Source: Alphaproteobacteria bacterium (lineage in GTDB: Bacteria; Pseudomonadota; Alphaproteobacteria; RF32; CAG-239). Taken from it: 64,000 nucleotides of DNA. Below the pieces are notes generated by a model, which did not search any database, was not told the DNA's origin, and worked only from the letters and a program-made list of their open reading frames with translations. This document shows positions 21,119 to 31,895 of this stretch, piece after piece. Location of the stretch: positions 24,530 through 88,529 of the forward strand of contig JAGBLF010000027.1 of the NCBI GenBank assembly GCA_017635595.1, in the 5' to 3' direction. The translations under genes and the position numbers were made by a program. Position 1 is the stretch's first letter; every line of letters starts with the position of its first letter.

Positions 21119-21895
21119 ATGAAAAAACCGTATTACCTTCTTGCCGTATCTTGTGGACTCAGCTTGATATCTGCGCCGTCTTTTGCCGAAGAAGATTTAT
21201 TCGGCGAAGAAGAAGATTCTTTTTTGGCACAACAAGTTGCCGAACCGGAAGTATCGGAAGAACAAAAAAATATTCCGTTGTCGACTTTTTTAAGTACACG
21301 CGTTTCCGATGATGCCGCCAAAAACATCAATAAGGCCGAAAAAATATTTTGCTACACGGTTGATTACAAATCTGCCGATTATACCGGATATGAAATAGAC
21401 GGTCTGGCCGTTAAAGGCTCATGCGGTGAGTTGTCCGATACCGGTAAACAACTGATTCAAAATGCTTTATTACATAATAACGGTGCTTTTTCAACCAACA
21501 GAGATGACTGTCAGGTTGTTCCGAAAATTATGCTGCGTTATGTTTACGGACCGGATCACACAGATGTTTTGCTATCTGCCCCTTGTTATTCTTTGACCTT
21601 TTTCCACGGCACGGACGTTATGTCCATTAATGCTGCACCGGGTGCGCAAATTATCGAAAAAATCGTCAAAGCTTATACCGGTCTGGAAGAAAAGTATCTT
21701 TCACCGGCTTTATTGGGACAAATTGTCGCGAACGGCCAAATTCTTACACAATCACAAAAAGAGATTGTCCGTCGTATGTCTCCAACCGAAGCGCCTATTA
21801 AAAAATGGGGTAATGAGCAACAAGCCGAAACAACACAAGCTCCGACAAGTTTACCGACTGCTGCTCCGAAAAAAGGTTGGGGTAAACTTAAGTAA
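21119..21895 (+). CDS. Secreted hypothetical protein with a signal peptide and an acidic N-terminal region.
   Basis: Signal peptide MKKPYYLLAVSCGLSLISAPSFA, followed by an EED-rich segment. No recognisable domain. Confidence 0.5.
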   Translation: MKKPYYLLAVSCGLSLISAPSFAEEDLFGEEEDSFLAQQVAEPEVSEEQKNIPLSTFLSTRVSDDAAKNINKAEKIFCYTVDYKSADYTGYEIDGLAVKGSCGELSDTGKQLIQNALLHNNGAFSTNRDDCQVVPKIMLRYVYGPDHTDVLLSAPCYSLTFFHGTDVMSINAAPGAQIIEKIVKAYTGLEEKYLSPALLGQIVANGQILTQSQKEIVRRMSPTEAPIKKWGNEQQAETTQAPTSLPTAAPKKGWGKLK

Positions 21896-21910
21896 TAACG
21901 GAATTGTATT

Positions 21911-22465
21911 GTGAAAACAGACTCAAAATTAAAAGCGGCAATGATTTATGCTCAAGCACTTTATGAATGCTCGGATAACGCTGAGGATATTAATGCCTGC
22001 TATGAAAATGCCACTTCCTTGCGGGCTGTTTTACCGGATTGCATGGAAGGCTTTACCCTCTTGAATAATCCGTTATGGAATACCCAGCAAAAATATGAAG
22101 TTGTCGATGCTCTCGGGAAAAAATTAAAATTACATCCGCATATTATCAATACGCTGAAGGTATTGGTACAACACCGCAAGATAAATCTGTTACCGGAAGT
22201 TATTCGTCAGTTTATATCCGTTTATAATGATAAACACGATATTGCCGAAATCGAAGTAACATCCGTTATTCCGCTAACCGGCGAGCAAGACACTTTACTC
22301 AAAAAAAAATTAGCCTCCATTTTTGCAAAAAAAGTTATCATCAATTATTCAACGGATTCTCAAATAATAGGCGGTCTTGTCATTAAATACGGAACACATT
22401 TGATAGATGCCTCCGTTCGCAATAAATTGAACGCTTTAGAAAATTTTATGAAAGGAAATCAATAG
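21911..22465 (+). CDS. atpH: F1 ATP synthase delta subunit (GTG start).
   Basis: The size (184 aa) and the C-terminal GGLVIKYGTHLIDASVRNKLNAL match the OSCP/delta family. It lies directly upstream of atpA. Confidence 0.8.
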   Translation: MKTDSKLKAAMIYAQALYECSDNAEDINACYENATSLRAVLPDCMEGFTLLNNPLWNTQQKYEVVDALGKKLKLHPHIINTLKVLVQHRKINLLPEVIRQFISVYNDKHDIAEIEVTSVIPLTGEQDTLLKKKLASIFAKKVIINYSTDSQIIGGLVIKYGTHLIDASVRNKLNALENFMKGNQ

Positions 22466-24019
22466 ATGCCTGTACAAGCAGATGAAATCTCATCCCTTTT
22501 GAAAGAAAAAATTGCCGAATTCGATTTAGCAACCGATATGTCCGAAATCGGCCGTGTTTTATCCGTCGGTGACGGCATAGTACGCGTTTACGGCTTGGAT
22601 AAAGTACAGCTCAACGAAATGGTTGAATTTCCGAACGGCATTGTCGGAATGGCCCTGAATTTGGAAGAAGATACAGTCAGTGTCGTATTGTTCGGTGATG
22701 ATGAAGGCATTAAAGAAGGCGATGTCGTTAAAAGAACCGGTAAAATCGTCAGTGTTCCGGTCGGTAAGGGTTTGCTCGGCCGCGTGGTTGATGCCTTAGG
22801 TAATCCGATAGACGGCTTAGGTGAAATCAAGGCTGAAAAATACAGCAATGCCGAAATTAAAGCCTTGGGCATTATTGCCAGAAGAAGCGTTCATGAACCG
22901 GTACAAACCGGATTAAAAGTTATTGACTCGCTTATACCAATCGGCCGCGGTCAGCGTGAATTGATTATCGGTGACCGACAAACAGGTAAAACCTCCATAA
23001 TCATAGATACAATTATTAATCAAAAGCGAATTAATGATGCTGCCCAAAATGATAAAGAAAAATTGTTTTGTATTTATGTGGCCGTCGGGCAGAAGCGTTC
23101 TTCAGTCGCACAGGTGGTCAAAACTTTGCGCGAACACGGTGCGATGGATTACACCATTGTTGTTGCCGCCACCGCTTCCGAAGCGGCACCTTTGCAATTT
23201 TTAGCTCCTTATGCCGGCACGGCTATGGGTGAATATTTCCGCGACAACGGCATGCACGCCGTCATCTTTTATGATGATTTATCCAAGCAAGCCGTTGCCT
23301 ATCGTCAAATGTCATTATTAATTCGCCGTCCGCCGGGACGTGAAGCCTATCCGGGCGATGTATTTTATTTACACTCCCGTCTGTTGGAACGTGCTGCCAA
23401 ATTAGATGAAAAATATGGTTCCGGTTCTTTAACGGCTATGCCTGTAATTGAAACACAGGCGGGCGATGTTTCTGCATACATCCCGACTAATGTTATTTCC
23501 ATTACCGACGGTCAGATTTTTTTGGAAACAGGTTTGTTCTATCAAGGTGTTCGTCCGGCGGTTAATGTCGGTATTTCAGTATCTCGTGTCGGTTCGGCCG
23601 CACAAATCAAAGCCATGAAACAGGTTTCAGGTTCGATTAAACTGGATTTGGCACAATACCGTGAAATGGCAGCCTTCTCACAATTTGCTTCCGACTTGGA
23701 TAAGTCCACCCGCTATCTTTTGGATAAAGGCGCCAAATTAACCGAACTTTTGAAACAACCGGTGCATCAGCCGATGGCTACCGAGGATGAAATTGTTTCT
23801 ATATTTTCCGGTGTTCAAGGTTATTTAAGCAAAATTAATTTGAATAACATAAAAGATTTTGAGAAAACAGGTCTGGAAAAATTGCATCTCGAGCATCCGG
23901 AGTATTTCGAAGAAATCAAAGAAAAACGTGTTATTTCCTCCGAGTTAGAGGAAAAACTTAAAGCTTTCTACGAGGATTTTGTTAACAGCTACATCCAAAA
24001 GCAGGAAAAGGCAGCATAA
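22466..24019 (+). CDS. atpA: F1 ATP synthase alpha subunit.
   Basis: Walker A GDRQTGKT and the alpha-subunit signature blocks. Confidence 0.97.
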   Translation: MPVQADEISSLLKEKIAEFDLATDMSEIGRVLSVGDGIVRVYGLDKVQLNEMVEFPNGIVGMALNLEEDTVSVVLFGDDEGIKEGDVVKRTGKIVSVPVGKGLLGRVVDALGNPIDGLGEIKAEKYSNAEIKALGIIARRSVHEPVQTGLKVIDSLIPIGRGQRELIIGDRQTGKTSIIIDTIINQKRINDAAQNDKEKLFCIYVAVGQKRSSVAQVVKTLREHGAMDYTIVVAATASEAAPLQFLAPYAGTAMGEYFRDNGMHAVIFYDDLSKQAVAYRQMSLLIRRPPGREAYPGDVFYLHSRLLERAAKLDEKYGSGSLTAMPVIETQAGDVSAYIPTNVISITDGQIFLETGLFYQGVRPAVNVGISVSRVGSAAQIKAMKQVSGSIKLDLAQYREMAAFSQFASDLDKSTRYLLDKGAKLTELLKQPVHQPMATEDEIVSIFSGVQGYLSKINLNNIKDFEKTGLEKLHLEHPEYFEEIKEKRVISSELEEKLKAFYEDFVNSYIQKQEKAA

Positions 24020-24954
24020 TGGCACAACTTAAAGAATTACGCACCCGTATCGAAGCTATCAAATCAACGCAGAAAATTACTTCGGCGATGAAAATGATTG
24101 CGGCGGCACGCTTGCGCAAAGTGCAAATTTTGGTTGATAAAAACATGGCGTATGTCGACAATTTGCGCCGCTCGGCATTGCGTGTTTTAACGGCAATAGA
24201 ACAGGAAGAAAAAAACAAAAAGATTGTCTATCCGCGCCCGATTTATTTGCGGCAGGTCAAAAATCCGCGCAATTACATTTTGTATGTTTTTTCTTCCGAC
24301 CGCGGCTTGTGCGGCTCGTATAATACGACCATAGCCAAAAAAGCAATCACGCGGATAAATCAGCTTCTTAAAGCCGGTAAAAAAATTAAAGTCGTTTGCT
24401 ACGGCAAAAAAGCTTTTAAAACATTGCGTCACACTTTTGCCGGTGTCGATGCCGACTTAAAAATATCTGCCGCTTCGTATGATGTTAAAGAAATGTCTTA
24501 TGCCGAACTGGCCGGAAAAATATCGCATACCCTATTAAACCAATTTGAAAATAAAGAATTTGATGTTTGCGAATTTATATATGCCAACTTTATCACTGCT
24601 TTATCCCGCATTTTTGAATGCGAACAGGTTTTTCCTATTAATTTGAATACCGAAAATCTTTCCGATACAGAGTTGGGACGGTTATTGCTTTCCGGCTCAG
24701 CCTGCTATGAATATCTGCCGGATAAAATGACGGTACTGACCGATATTTTGCCGATATTATTTACCGACACCATTTTTCAGATTATCGTCAATGCGGAAGC
24801 TTCCGAGCACAGTGCGCGGATGAGTTCTATGGATAATGCAACACGCAATGCAAAAAAAATAATAAGCGAATTAACATTGAAGTACAACAGTTTACGACAA
24901 GCGGCCATCACAACCGAATTGATTGAGATTATCGCCGGCGCCGAAGCTATTTAA
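24019..24954 (+). CDS. atpG: F1 ATP synthase gamma subunit.
   Basis: The N-terminus ([34 protein letters not shown]) and C-terminus (LTLKYNSLRQAAITTELIEIIAGAEA) are conserved. Confidence 0.92.
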   Translation: MAQLKELRTRIEAIKSTQKITSAMKMIAAARLRKVQILVDKNMAYVDNLRRSALRVLTAIEQEEKNKKIVYPRPIYLRQVKNPRNYILYVFSSDRGLCGSYNTTIAKKAITRINQLLKAGKKIKVVCYGKKAFKTLRHTFAGVDADLKISAASYDVKEMSYAELAGKISHTLLNQFENKEFDVCEFIYANFITALSRIFECEQVFPINLNTENLSDTELGRLLLSGSACYEYLPDKMTVLTDILPILFTDTIFQIIVNAEASEHSARMSSMDNATRNAKKIISELTLKYNSLRQAAITTELIEIIAGAEAI

Positions 24955-24967
24955 AATACAGGAGTAA

Positions 24968-26415
<1,448 letters not shown>

Positions 26416-26416
<1 letters not shown>

Positions 26417-26796
26417 TGGCTCGAAACATCAAATTAGAAATTTATACGCCCGAAAAGACTGCACTGAATAAAAATATTTATCGTGTGGTTTTACCGTACG
26501 GAAACACTAATCTGACCATTATCGAAGACCGAGCCCCGACATCTCTCGTGCTGCATGCCGGACCGCTGAAGATACTCAGTGAAAACAACCAAATTGAAGA
26601 CTTGTATTTTATAGACGGCGGCGTCGTTGATGTTGCACAAAATGTTTGCAAAATTTCTGTATGTCATATTATTCATCGCCGCGATATAAGCATTGAACAA
26701 GCAAAAGGACTTGCCGTCGAAGAACCGCAAAACGCCGTATTTTATAAAATGATTGCAGATTACATTAATGCTTTTGAAACTAAGGGTGCAAAATGA
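26416..26796 (+). CDS. atpC: F1 ATP synthase epsilon subunit.
   Basis: 126 aa, immediately overlapping the atpD stop. It has the epsilon-like beta-sandwich N-terminal region. Confidence 0.8.
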
Positions 26797-27407
26797 TGAT
26801 TAAATGTATAGGTGCTATCGGCGACAGTATTACCCATGGTTTCTATGATGATCAAAATCTCGGCTGGTTTACCCGCTTGGGACAAATGATTTTAGCCGAA
26901 CATTCCGGCGAATACGTTTTTAACAATATGTCGCAAGCCGGTGATACGATCGCCGATGCCGTTCATCGTTCCCTTTATGAAGTTCTGTCGCGCCATTTTG
27001 ATTTAATCATTGTTAATATCGGCATTAATGATTTACGGCGTCGTAAAAACAGTGATATGCAACTCGATTTTTCTGAAGGCCGACGTGCGGAATATTGGCA
27101 GCAATTACTTACAGTGTTGCAAAAAACCGGTGCCAAAATCGTGGTTACCGACTTATTGCCGGTGGTTGAAAGCCGTTACACACCTGAAGCAACATTACTG
27201 CGCCGCAACAGCGATGTCGAGTGCTATAATCGGCAAATTAAAGAATTATGCGGTCAGAATAATATTCCGTTTTTTGAACGTTATCCGGATTGGAAAGACC
27301 GCAATATCGAATCGCTTTATAAAGATGCATTGCATCCGAATACACAAGGTCATCAGCTTATTGCTCGGCAGATGTTTGATTTTTTAAAAGCCGAAAATTT
27401 GATATAA
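26793..27407 (+). CDS. SGNH/GDSL-family hydrolase (lipase/esterase-like).
   Basis: N-terminal GDSITHG motif (catalytic Ser), an internal GINDL block and a C-terminal DALHPN (catalytic His). It overlaps the atpC stop by 4 nt. Confidence 0.7.
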   Translation: MMIKCIGAIGDSITHGFYDDQNLGWFTRLGQMILAEHSGEYVFNNMSQAGDTIADAVHRSLYEVLSRHFDLIIVNIGINDLRRRKNSDMQLDFSEGRRAEYWQQLLTVLQKTGAKIVVTDLLPVVESRYTPEATLLRRNSDVECYNRQIKELCGQNNIPFFERYPDWKDRNIESLYKDALHPNTQGHQLIARQMFDFLKAENLI

Positions 27408-27454
27408 CTCAATACATAATACCTTGTCAGTGTCTGATTAACGAGGATAAATAA

Positions 27455-27958
27455 ATGATATGGCTCGGATATTTTTTTACATTTCTTAATTACGTCTGCT
27501 ATTGTTTAAGCCGCTTTATGAAGCATAAAAAGATGATGCTTCTGCTTGATTTATCGGCAAAAGTCTTCACGGCTTTGGGATTGTATTTTTTAAATTCATT
27601 AAGCGGTGCCTATATATTTATGGCCGTCTTTTTTATGTTGATAATCGCTAACATCAAGGAAAGACTGCATAAAAAATGGCTGTTAGGCTACATTTTTTTC
27701 CAATGCCTGTATCTGGTTATTTTATATTACACCTACGCCGGTATTTCATCCATTTTGGTTGTGACTACAGTATCGGTCACCTTATTCTGTATTTGGTGGT
27801 TACCGCCGCAACAGATGCGTATCATCGGCGGATTAAATTGCTTTACTTATTTAGCGTATCAGATAAGCATTAAAAATTGGGCAGGACTGTTGGAAATATT
27901 GGTTATTTTAAGTAATTTGTTTTCGTTTTTAAAATATAAAAAATCCGACAAACACTAG
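27455..27958 (+). CDS. Small polytopic inner-membrane protein, hypothetical (about 5 TM helices).
   Basis: Hydrophobic helices throughout, with no soluble domain. Confidence 0.45.
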   Translation: MIWLGYFFTFLNYVCYCLSRFMKHKKMMLLLDLSAKVFTALGLYFLNSLSGAYIFMAVFFMLIIANIKERLHKKWLLGYIFFQCLYLVILYYTYAGISSILVVTTVSVTLFCIWWLPPQQMRIIGGLNCFTYLAYQISIKNWAGLLEILVILSNLFSFLKYKKSDKH

Positions 27959-28212
27959 AAAAATATAGCTTACATCGGGCTTTCGAGTACTTTTTAAGGT
28001 CGTTCCGAAAAAAATAACCAGTTATCATAAGGCCGAATCTGACAGAATCGGAGTCGTTTTCAAAGATTCAATAAGTTAACACCGCCGACTAAATTTTTGC
28101 ATAATTTAAGCAAAATTTTCAATCAAATTCTTAAAATAAATATTTAGATGAGCTTGAATGTCTAACTATATGAAATTATATACATTTTAAATAAGGTGTG
28201 TATAAAAAATAA

Positions 28213-28259
28213 ATACTATATATTGTTTGTTTACTTTTTGTTAACCCTATATGTAGTAA
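28213..28259 (+). promoter_or_regulatory. Two tandem NrdR-box-like 16-bp palindromic sites (ATACTATATATTGTTT and ACCCTATATGTAGTAA), 31 bp start-to-start, upstream of the NrdD-like mini-ORF.
   Basis: Compared with the NrdR box consensus acaCwAtATaTwGtgt recalled from the literature: box 1 matches 14 of 16 positions and box 2 matches 12 of 16. The spacing and promoter-proximal position resemble known NrdR operators. Confidence 0.3.
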
Positions 28260-28297
28260 AAATTACAACAGTTGCACATTTAATAGGGAGATACACA

Positions 28298-28510
28298 ATG
28301 ACAGTTATTAATTTTGAAAATATTGCTTTATCCGATTCCGAAAGACAACCTTGCGAAGTATGGACCAGAGTTATGGGCTACCACCGTCCGGTTTCCGAAT
28401 TTAACAAAGGTAAAAAATCAGAATATTACTCCCGTAAATGTTTTGTAGAAGAAAAAGCAACCTCTCACTTGGATATGAGCGAAGAAGCTTGTTCTTGCGC
28501 TGCCGAATAG
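28298..28510 (+). CDS. 70-aa protein with an NrdD-like glycyl-radical motif. It may be a class III RNR C-terminal remnant or a stand-alone glycyl-radical mini-protein.
   Basis: Strong RBS AGGGAG 7 nt upstream of the ATG. TRVMGYHRPVSEFNKGKKSE resembles the NrdD C-terminal radical-loop region (RVCGY...FN/WNxGKxxE, from memory). A terminator follows. The Cys4 zinc ribbon is absent. Confidence 0.4.
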   Translation: MTVINFENIALSDSERQPCEVWTRVMGYHRPVSEFNKGKKSEYYSRKCFVEEKATSHLDMSEEACSCAAE

Positions 28511-28530
28511 TTGCCATCAGGACAGTTGCA

Positions 28531-28566
28531 TAAAAAAACACCGGTATTTTACCGGTGTTTTTTTAT
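28531..28566. terminator. Bidirectional rho-independent terminator between the NrdD-like ORF (+) and the autotransporter (-).
   Basis: ACACCGGT-atttt-ACCGGTGT with an A7 run upstream and a T8 run downstream. Confidence 0.8.
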
Positions 28567-28577
28567 GGTTTTATTTA

Positions 28578-31500
28578 TCAAAAATTATATTTTATGCTCA
28601 ACATTCCCGTATTGTCATAGTAATTTTGGCGAATTCGTCCTTCGTATGAAGCTGTAACGTCCATGGCATCATAGAATTCAGCAGTCAAACCGACACCAAA
28701 TTCTCCCCCCATACGTTTCATTCCGCGTCCGTCAACTATATAAGAAGCCCCGTTAGCCATTGTGACGGTATAATTAGCATTGTCATTAACAAAGTCATAC
28801 GTCAGTGCACCACGAACTTCCGGTTTCAGCGCAATACCGTTATTAAGAGTAAAACGCTTGCCGATACGCCCGCCTATAACACCGGTAAATGTATCGGATT
28901 TATCGCCGCTGAAATGGGTTCCCAAACCGTCATCATGAGATTCTTGCGTAAAATGAACATAGCGTGCGCCAACTTCCGGTGTCAGAGTTAAATTTTCGAT
29001 GTTAAAGTCATAACCGGTCGCTACTTGTGCGGCTATTGTATCAACACCGTAATCCCCTTTTACCGTGCGACCGAGAACTCTTTTCTTTTCGTCATAGTGC
29101 GACCAATTCCAAGAAAATGCTCCGTTCACAAACCAATTACTCGGTTTATACTCACCATAGGCAAACGCTGTATGTGTCCAAGCGTCTATATCACGACTGT
29201 CCGGATCAATATCGGATTTGGTATAGCCGTAACCGAAACCTAATTTAACGTCTTTTGATACAAAACGTTCAAAGCCCAAAGCGACACCATTGGATTTTGC
29301 TTCAAACCCTTTGACGTTATGAGTCGTGTCATCATCCATACGCGCACGGTTATGCAAAACTTTAGCCCAAACACTGCCGATTTCGGAATCACCGGAAGCA
29401 ATACCTTCGTTACCTGCCGTTACCGATCCGCTGCTCAAACGGGTAGAAATTGCCCCGAATACTTGGTGTACGGTTTCAATTTGAGTACGATACACGACAG
29501 GGGTTTCTTCAGCCGACATAGCTTCTACCGAATTAATTGCCTCTTTAATTTGCGCAGGATCACCGGATTGCAACATCGTCGTCAACTCATCTGAAATTTC
29601 ATTAAACAACTTGTTAGATTTTGAGGCGCCTGCCGTCACAGCATTGATAGCTTCGGCAACATTTTGATTAACACCCATCTCATCAGCAATTTCTTCAGAA
29701 GATTTCTTTTCTAAAACAATCTGACCAAGCGATGCATCCGGTGCTTCACTTTTACCTTTAAGAATATTATAAAGGCTGTTTTTGGCAATATCAAATTTAT
29801 CATCAAAATCATTTGCTTTAACAAAATCATATGTGCCTTCTTCGGTTCCGTTTGCAATAATCAAATTCAATTTTGCACCGTTTGCTTTTACGCTATCGGC
29901 AGCAATTGTTGTTTTATCGACGGTTGCCGTAACAGAAGCAGTTTTAGCAAATTCGACCTTACCGTCTCCGGTTATACCGCTATCCAAAATCAAATCGCCT
30001 TTAACATTAACCGTACCGTCATTATAGATATCGGCAGAATCACTTCCCGAGGCTTTTGCTTCCAATGAGCCGATTACATTCAAAACGCTGTCAACATCAA
30101 CACTTACGCCGTATCCCTCACTATTGCCGGTTGCCACCGCAACAGTTTTGCCGTTCAGGTTTAACGTACTTGCTCCGGACAAATACAAAGCATTTGCATA
30201 ATCACCGGTCGTACTGACCGTTAAATTATCCGTTGTCAATACACCGTCATCTAAATTAATACCCCAAGCAAAATCATTTGCATCTGCGGATATGCTGACG
30301 TCACCCTTAAGATCAGCCTCACCGCCGGACAGACAAATGCCTTCTGCCCCGTATTCGGCTGTTGATGATAATACGGTATTTGTATCATCTGTTCCGACAA
30401 CCACACTATCGGCATCATTAATATTAAGTGCCGTAGCCCAAGTTGTTCCTTGTGCCTCAGCGTTTAACTGTTTTATCGTCAAACTGGCTCCATTCGAAAC
30501 ATCAACCGCCTTTGCATTTTCCCCCAGAGCTTTCGCATTGATTTTGTTTGCCGTAAATGAACCTGTGTTTGAAGAACCGACAGCTATCGCCGTGGTAGCT
30601 TGAGCTGTAACGTTCAGTTCCCCTTCGGATATAATTTTACCGGCTGAACCATCCCACCACGATGCTTCTATACCAATAGCGCTGCCATCTTCGGATGTTG
30701 CATTAATAGTTGTTACCGTCCCGCTATACAAATGTACCGTACCTGAAAATTGAGACGTCAAACCGTGGGCTATCCTTTCACTGCTTACATCTATCGTCAG
30801 ATTTTGGCTGTTAATATCAACCGTGCAGGTAAACCCGCTGGCATAAATTCCCCAAGCATCCCAATTTCCCACAGTTGAGCTGGTGAGAGATATATTATCA
30901 CCGGATAAAGAAACATAAGAATCGTGCACCGGACTCGGATTGCTTTCCAGTGCAATAACACGCGCCCGACCGGTAGTGTTTTGAGCACTCAGATTAGCAT
31001 CACCTTTAATGTTGACCGAACCACCGTTCACAAAAACGGCATTTGCAAAGTTACCGCCTTTTACCGAAATATTGGTTTGCTCGGCTTCAAAGTTAGCTAC
31101 GGCACCGGCATCTTCATAAATTTGCACGCCGTATGAATAATAGCCGGAAGATTTTTCGGTTTTCAAATCTGTCAGTTTCCCCTTAAAGGTAACTTCGGAA
31201 CCGCCCCAAATATCAACGGCAATGGCATTGTTTGTATCGGAAAAAACGCCTACTTTTACCGAACCGTCAAACAACAATTTTGACTCAGCATTGGTTCTGA
31301 TTCCGCGATTATCGCTTGAACCGGTACCAATATCCGTTGCATCTAAATTGCCTGTAAACTTAAAGTCAGTACCAGCTGTAACCGTGTTAAAAATATAGTT
31401 TCGCGCACTAGCTTGGTCAGCTGTTACCGTCAGTGTATAGTCACCGGTTGAAATAGAAGTATCTCCGGCGGCTAAAATAGCTGTTCCCCTACCGCTACTC

Positions 31501-31691
31501 TCTGTAGGAACATCATTTACAATGGATGTATTTGCCGACAAAACAACTTTATCGCCATCTTTCAAATCATAACCATTGGCTAGTGCCGGCAATGCTAAGG
31601 CACACATACCCAAATTCAATAATATGCATTTTATTAAAACACTTTTGTATTGTGCATTCAGCATCCCCAAAGCAGCTCTTGAATATTTCAT
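28578..31691 (-). CDS. Autotransporter (type Va) outer-membrane protein with a ~750-aa passenger of G/S/T/N-rich repeats and a C-terminal beta-barrel translocator.
   Basis: Start set at MKYSR with an AGGAG RBS. Signal peptide ...ALALPALANG. The C-terminal ~280 aa show alternating amphipathic beta-strands and end ...LSIKYNF (terminal aromatic), which is diagnostic of an autotransporter barrel. Confidence 0.85.
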   Translation of the reverse strand: MKYSRAALGMLNAQYKSVLIKCILLNLGMCALALPALANGYDLKDGDKVVLSANTSIVNDVPTESSGRGTAILAAGDTSISTGDYTLTVTADQASARNYIFNTVTAGTDFKFTGNLDATDIGTGSSDNRGIRTNAESKLLFDGSVKVGVFSDTNNAIAVDIWGGSEVTFKGKLTDLKTEKSSGYYSYGVQIYEDAGAVANFEAEQTNISVKGGNFANAVFVNGGSVNIKGDANLSAQNTTGRARVIALESNPSPVHDSYVSLSGDNISLTSSTVGNWDAWGIYASGFTCTVDINSQNLTIDVSSERIAHGLTSQFSGTVHLYSGTVTTINATSEDGSAIGIEASWWDGSAGKIISEGELNVTAQATTAIAVGSSNTGSFTANKINAKALGENAKAVDVSNGASLTIKQLNAEAQGTTWATALNINDADSVVVGTDDTNTVLSSTAEYGAEGICLSGGEADLKGDVSISADANDFAWGINLDDGVLTTDNLTVSTTGDYANALYLSGASTLNLNGKTVAVATGNSEGYGVSVDVDSVLNVIGSLEAKASGSDSADIYNDGTVNVKGDLILDSGITGDGKVEFAKTASVTATVDKTTIAADSVKANGAKLNLIIANGTEEGTYDFVKANDFDDKFDIAKNSLYNILKGKSEAPDASLGQIVLEKKSSEEIADEMGVNQNVAEAINAVTAGASKSNKLFNEISDELTTMLQSGDPAQIKEAINSVEAMSAEETPVVYRTQIETVHQVFGAISTRLSSGSVTAGNEGIASGDSEIGSVWAKVLHNRARMDDDTTHNVKGFEAKSNGVALGFERFVSKDVKLGFGYGYTKSDIDPDSRDIDAWTHTAFAYGEYKPSNWFVNGAFSWNWSHYDEKKRVLGRTVKGDYGVDTIAAQVATGYDFNIENLTLTPEVGARYVHFTQESHDDGLGTHFSGDKSDTFTGVIGGRIGKRFTLNNGIALKPEVRGALTYDFVNDNANYTVTMANGASYIVDGRGMKRMGGEFGVGLTAEFYDAMDVTASYEGRIRQNYYDNTGMLSIKYNF

Positions 31692-31839
31692 TGTATTTCT
31701 CCTTATGTTTATTGATAAGAAAATGGTATATGAAAAACGGCATAACACAAGTATTAATTTTTCTAATACACTGTTTTTTATATATAAAATGTTTTATGAT
31801 GGCTTTCAACGTTATTTTATGATAAAGTTTGGTTCAAAT

Positions 31840-31868
31840 CTTGCATTCGGCAAATTATTTCCCTATAT
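31840..31868 (+). promoter_or_regulatory. Candidate sigma-32 (RpoH) heat-shock promoter for clpB.
   Basis: cTTGcat, then 14 nt, then CCCtATaT, against the consensus CTTGAAA-N13-15-CCCCATnT. It lies ~30 nt upstream of the AAGGAG RBS. Confidence 0.35.
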
Positions 31869-31895
31869 ATTTTTTATGTAAGGAGTGTAACTGAT

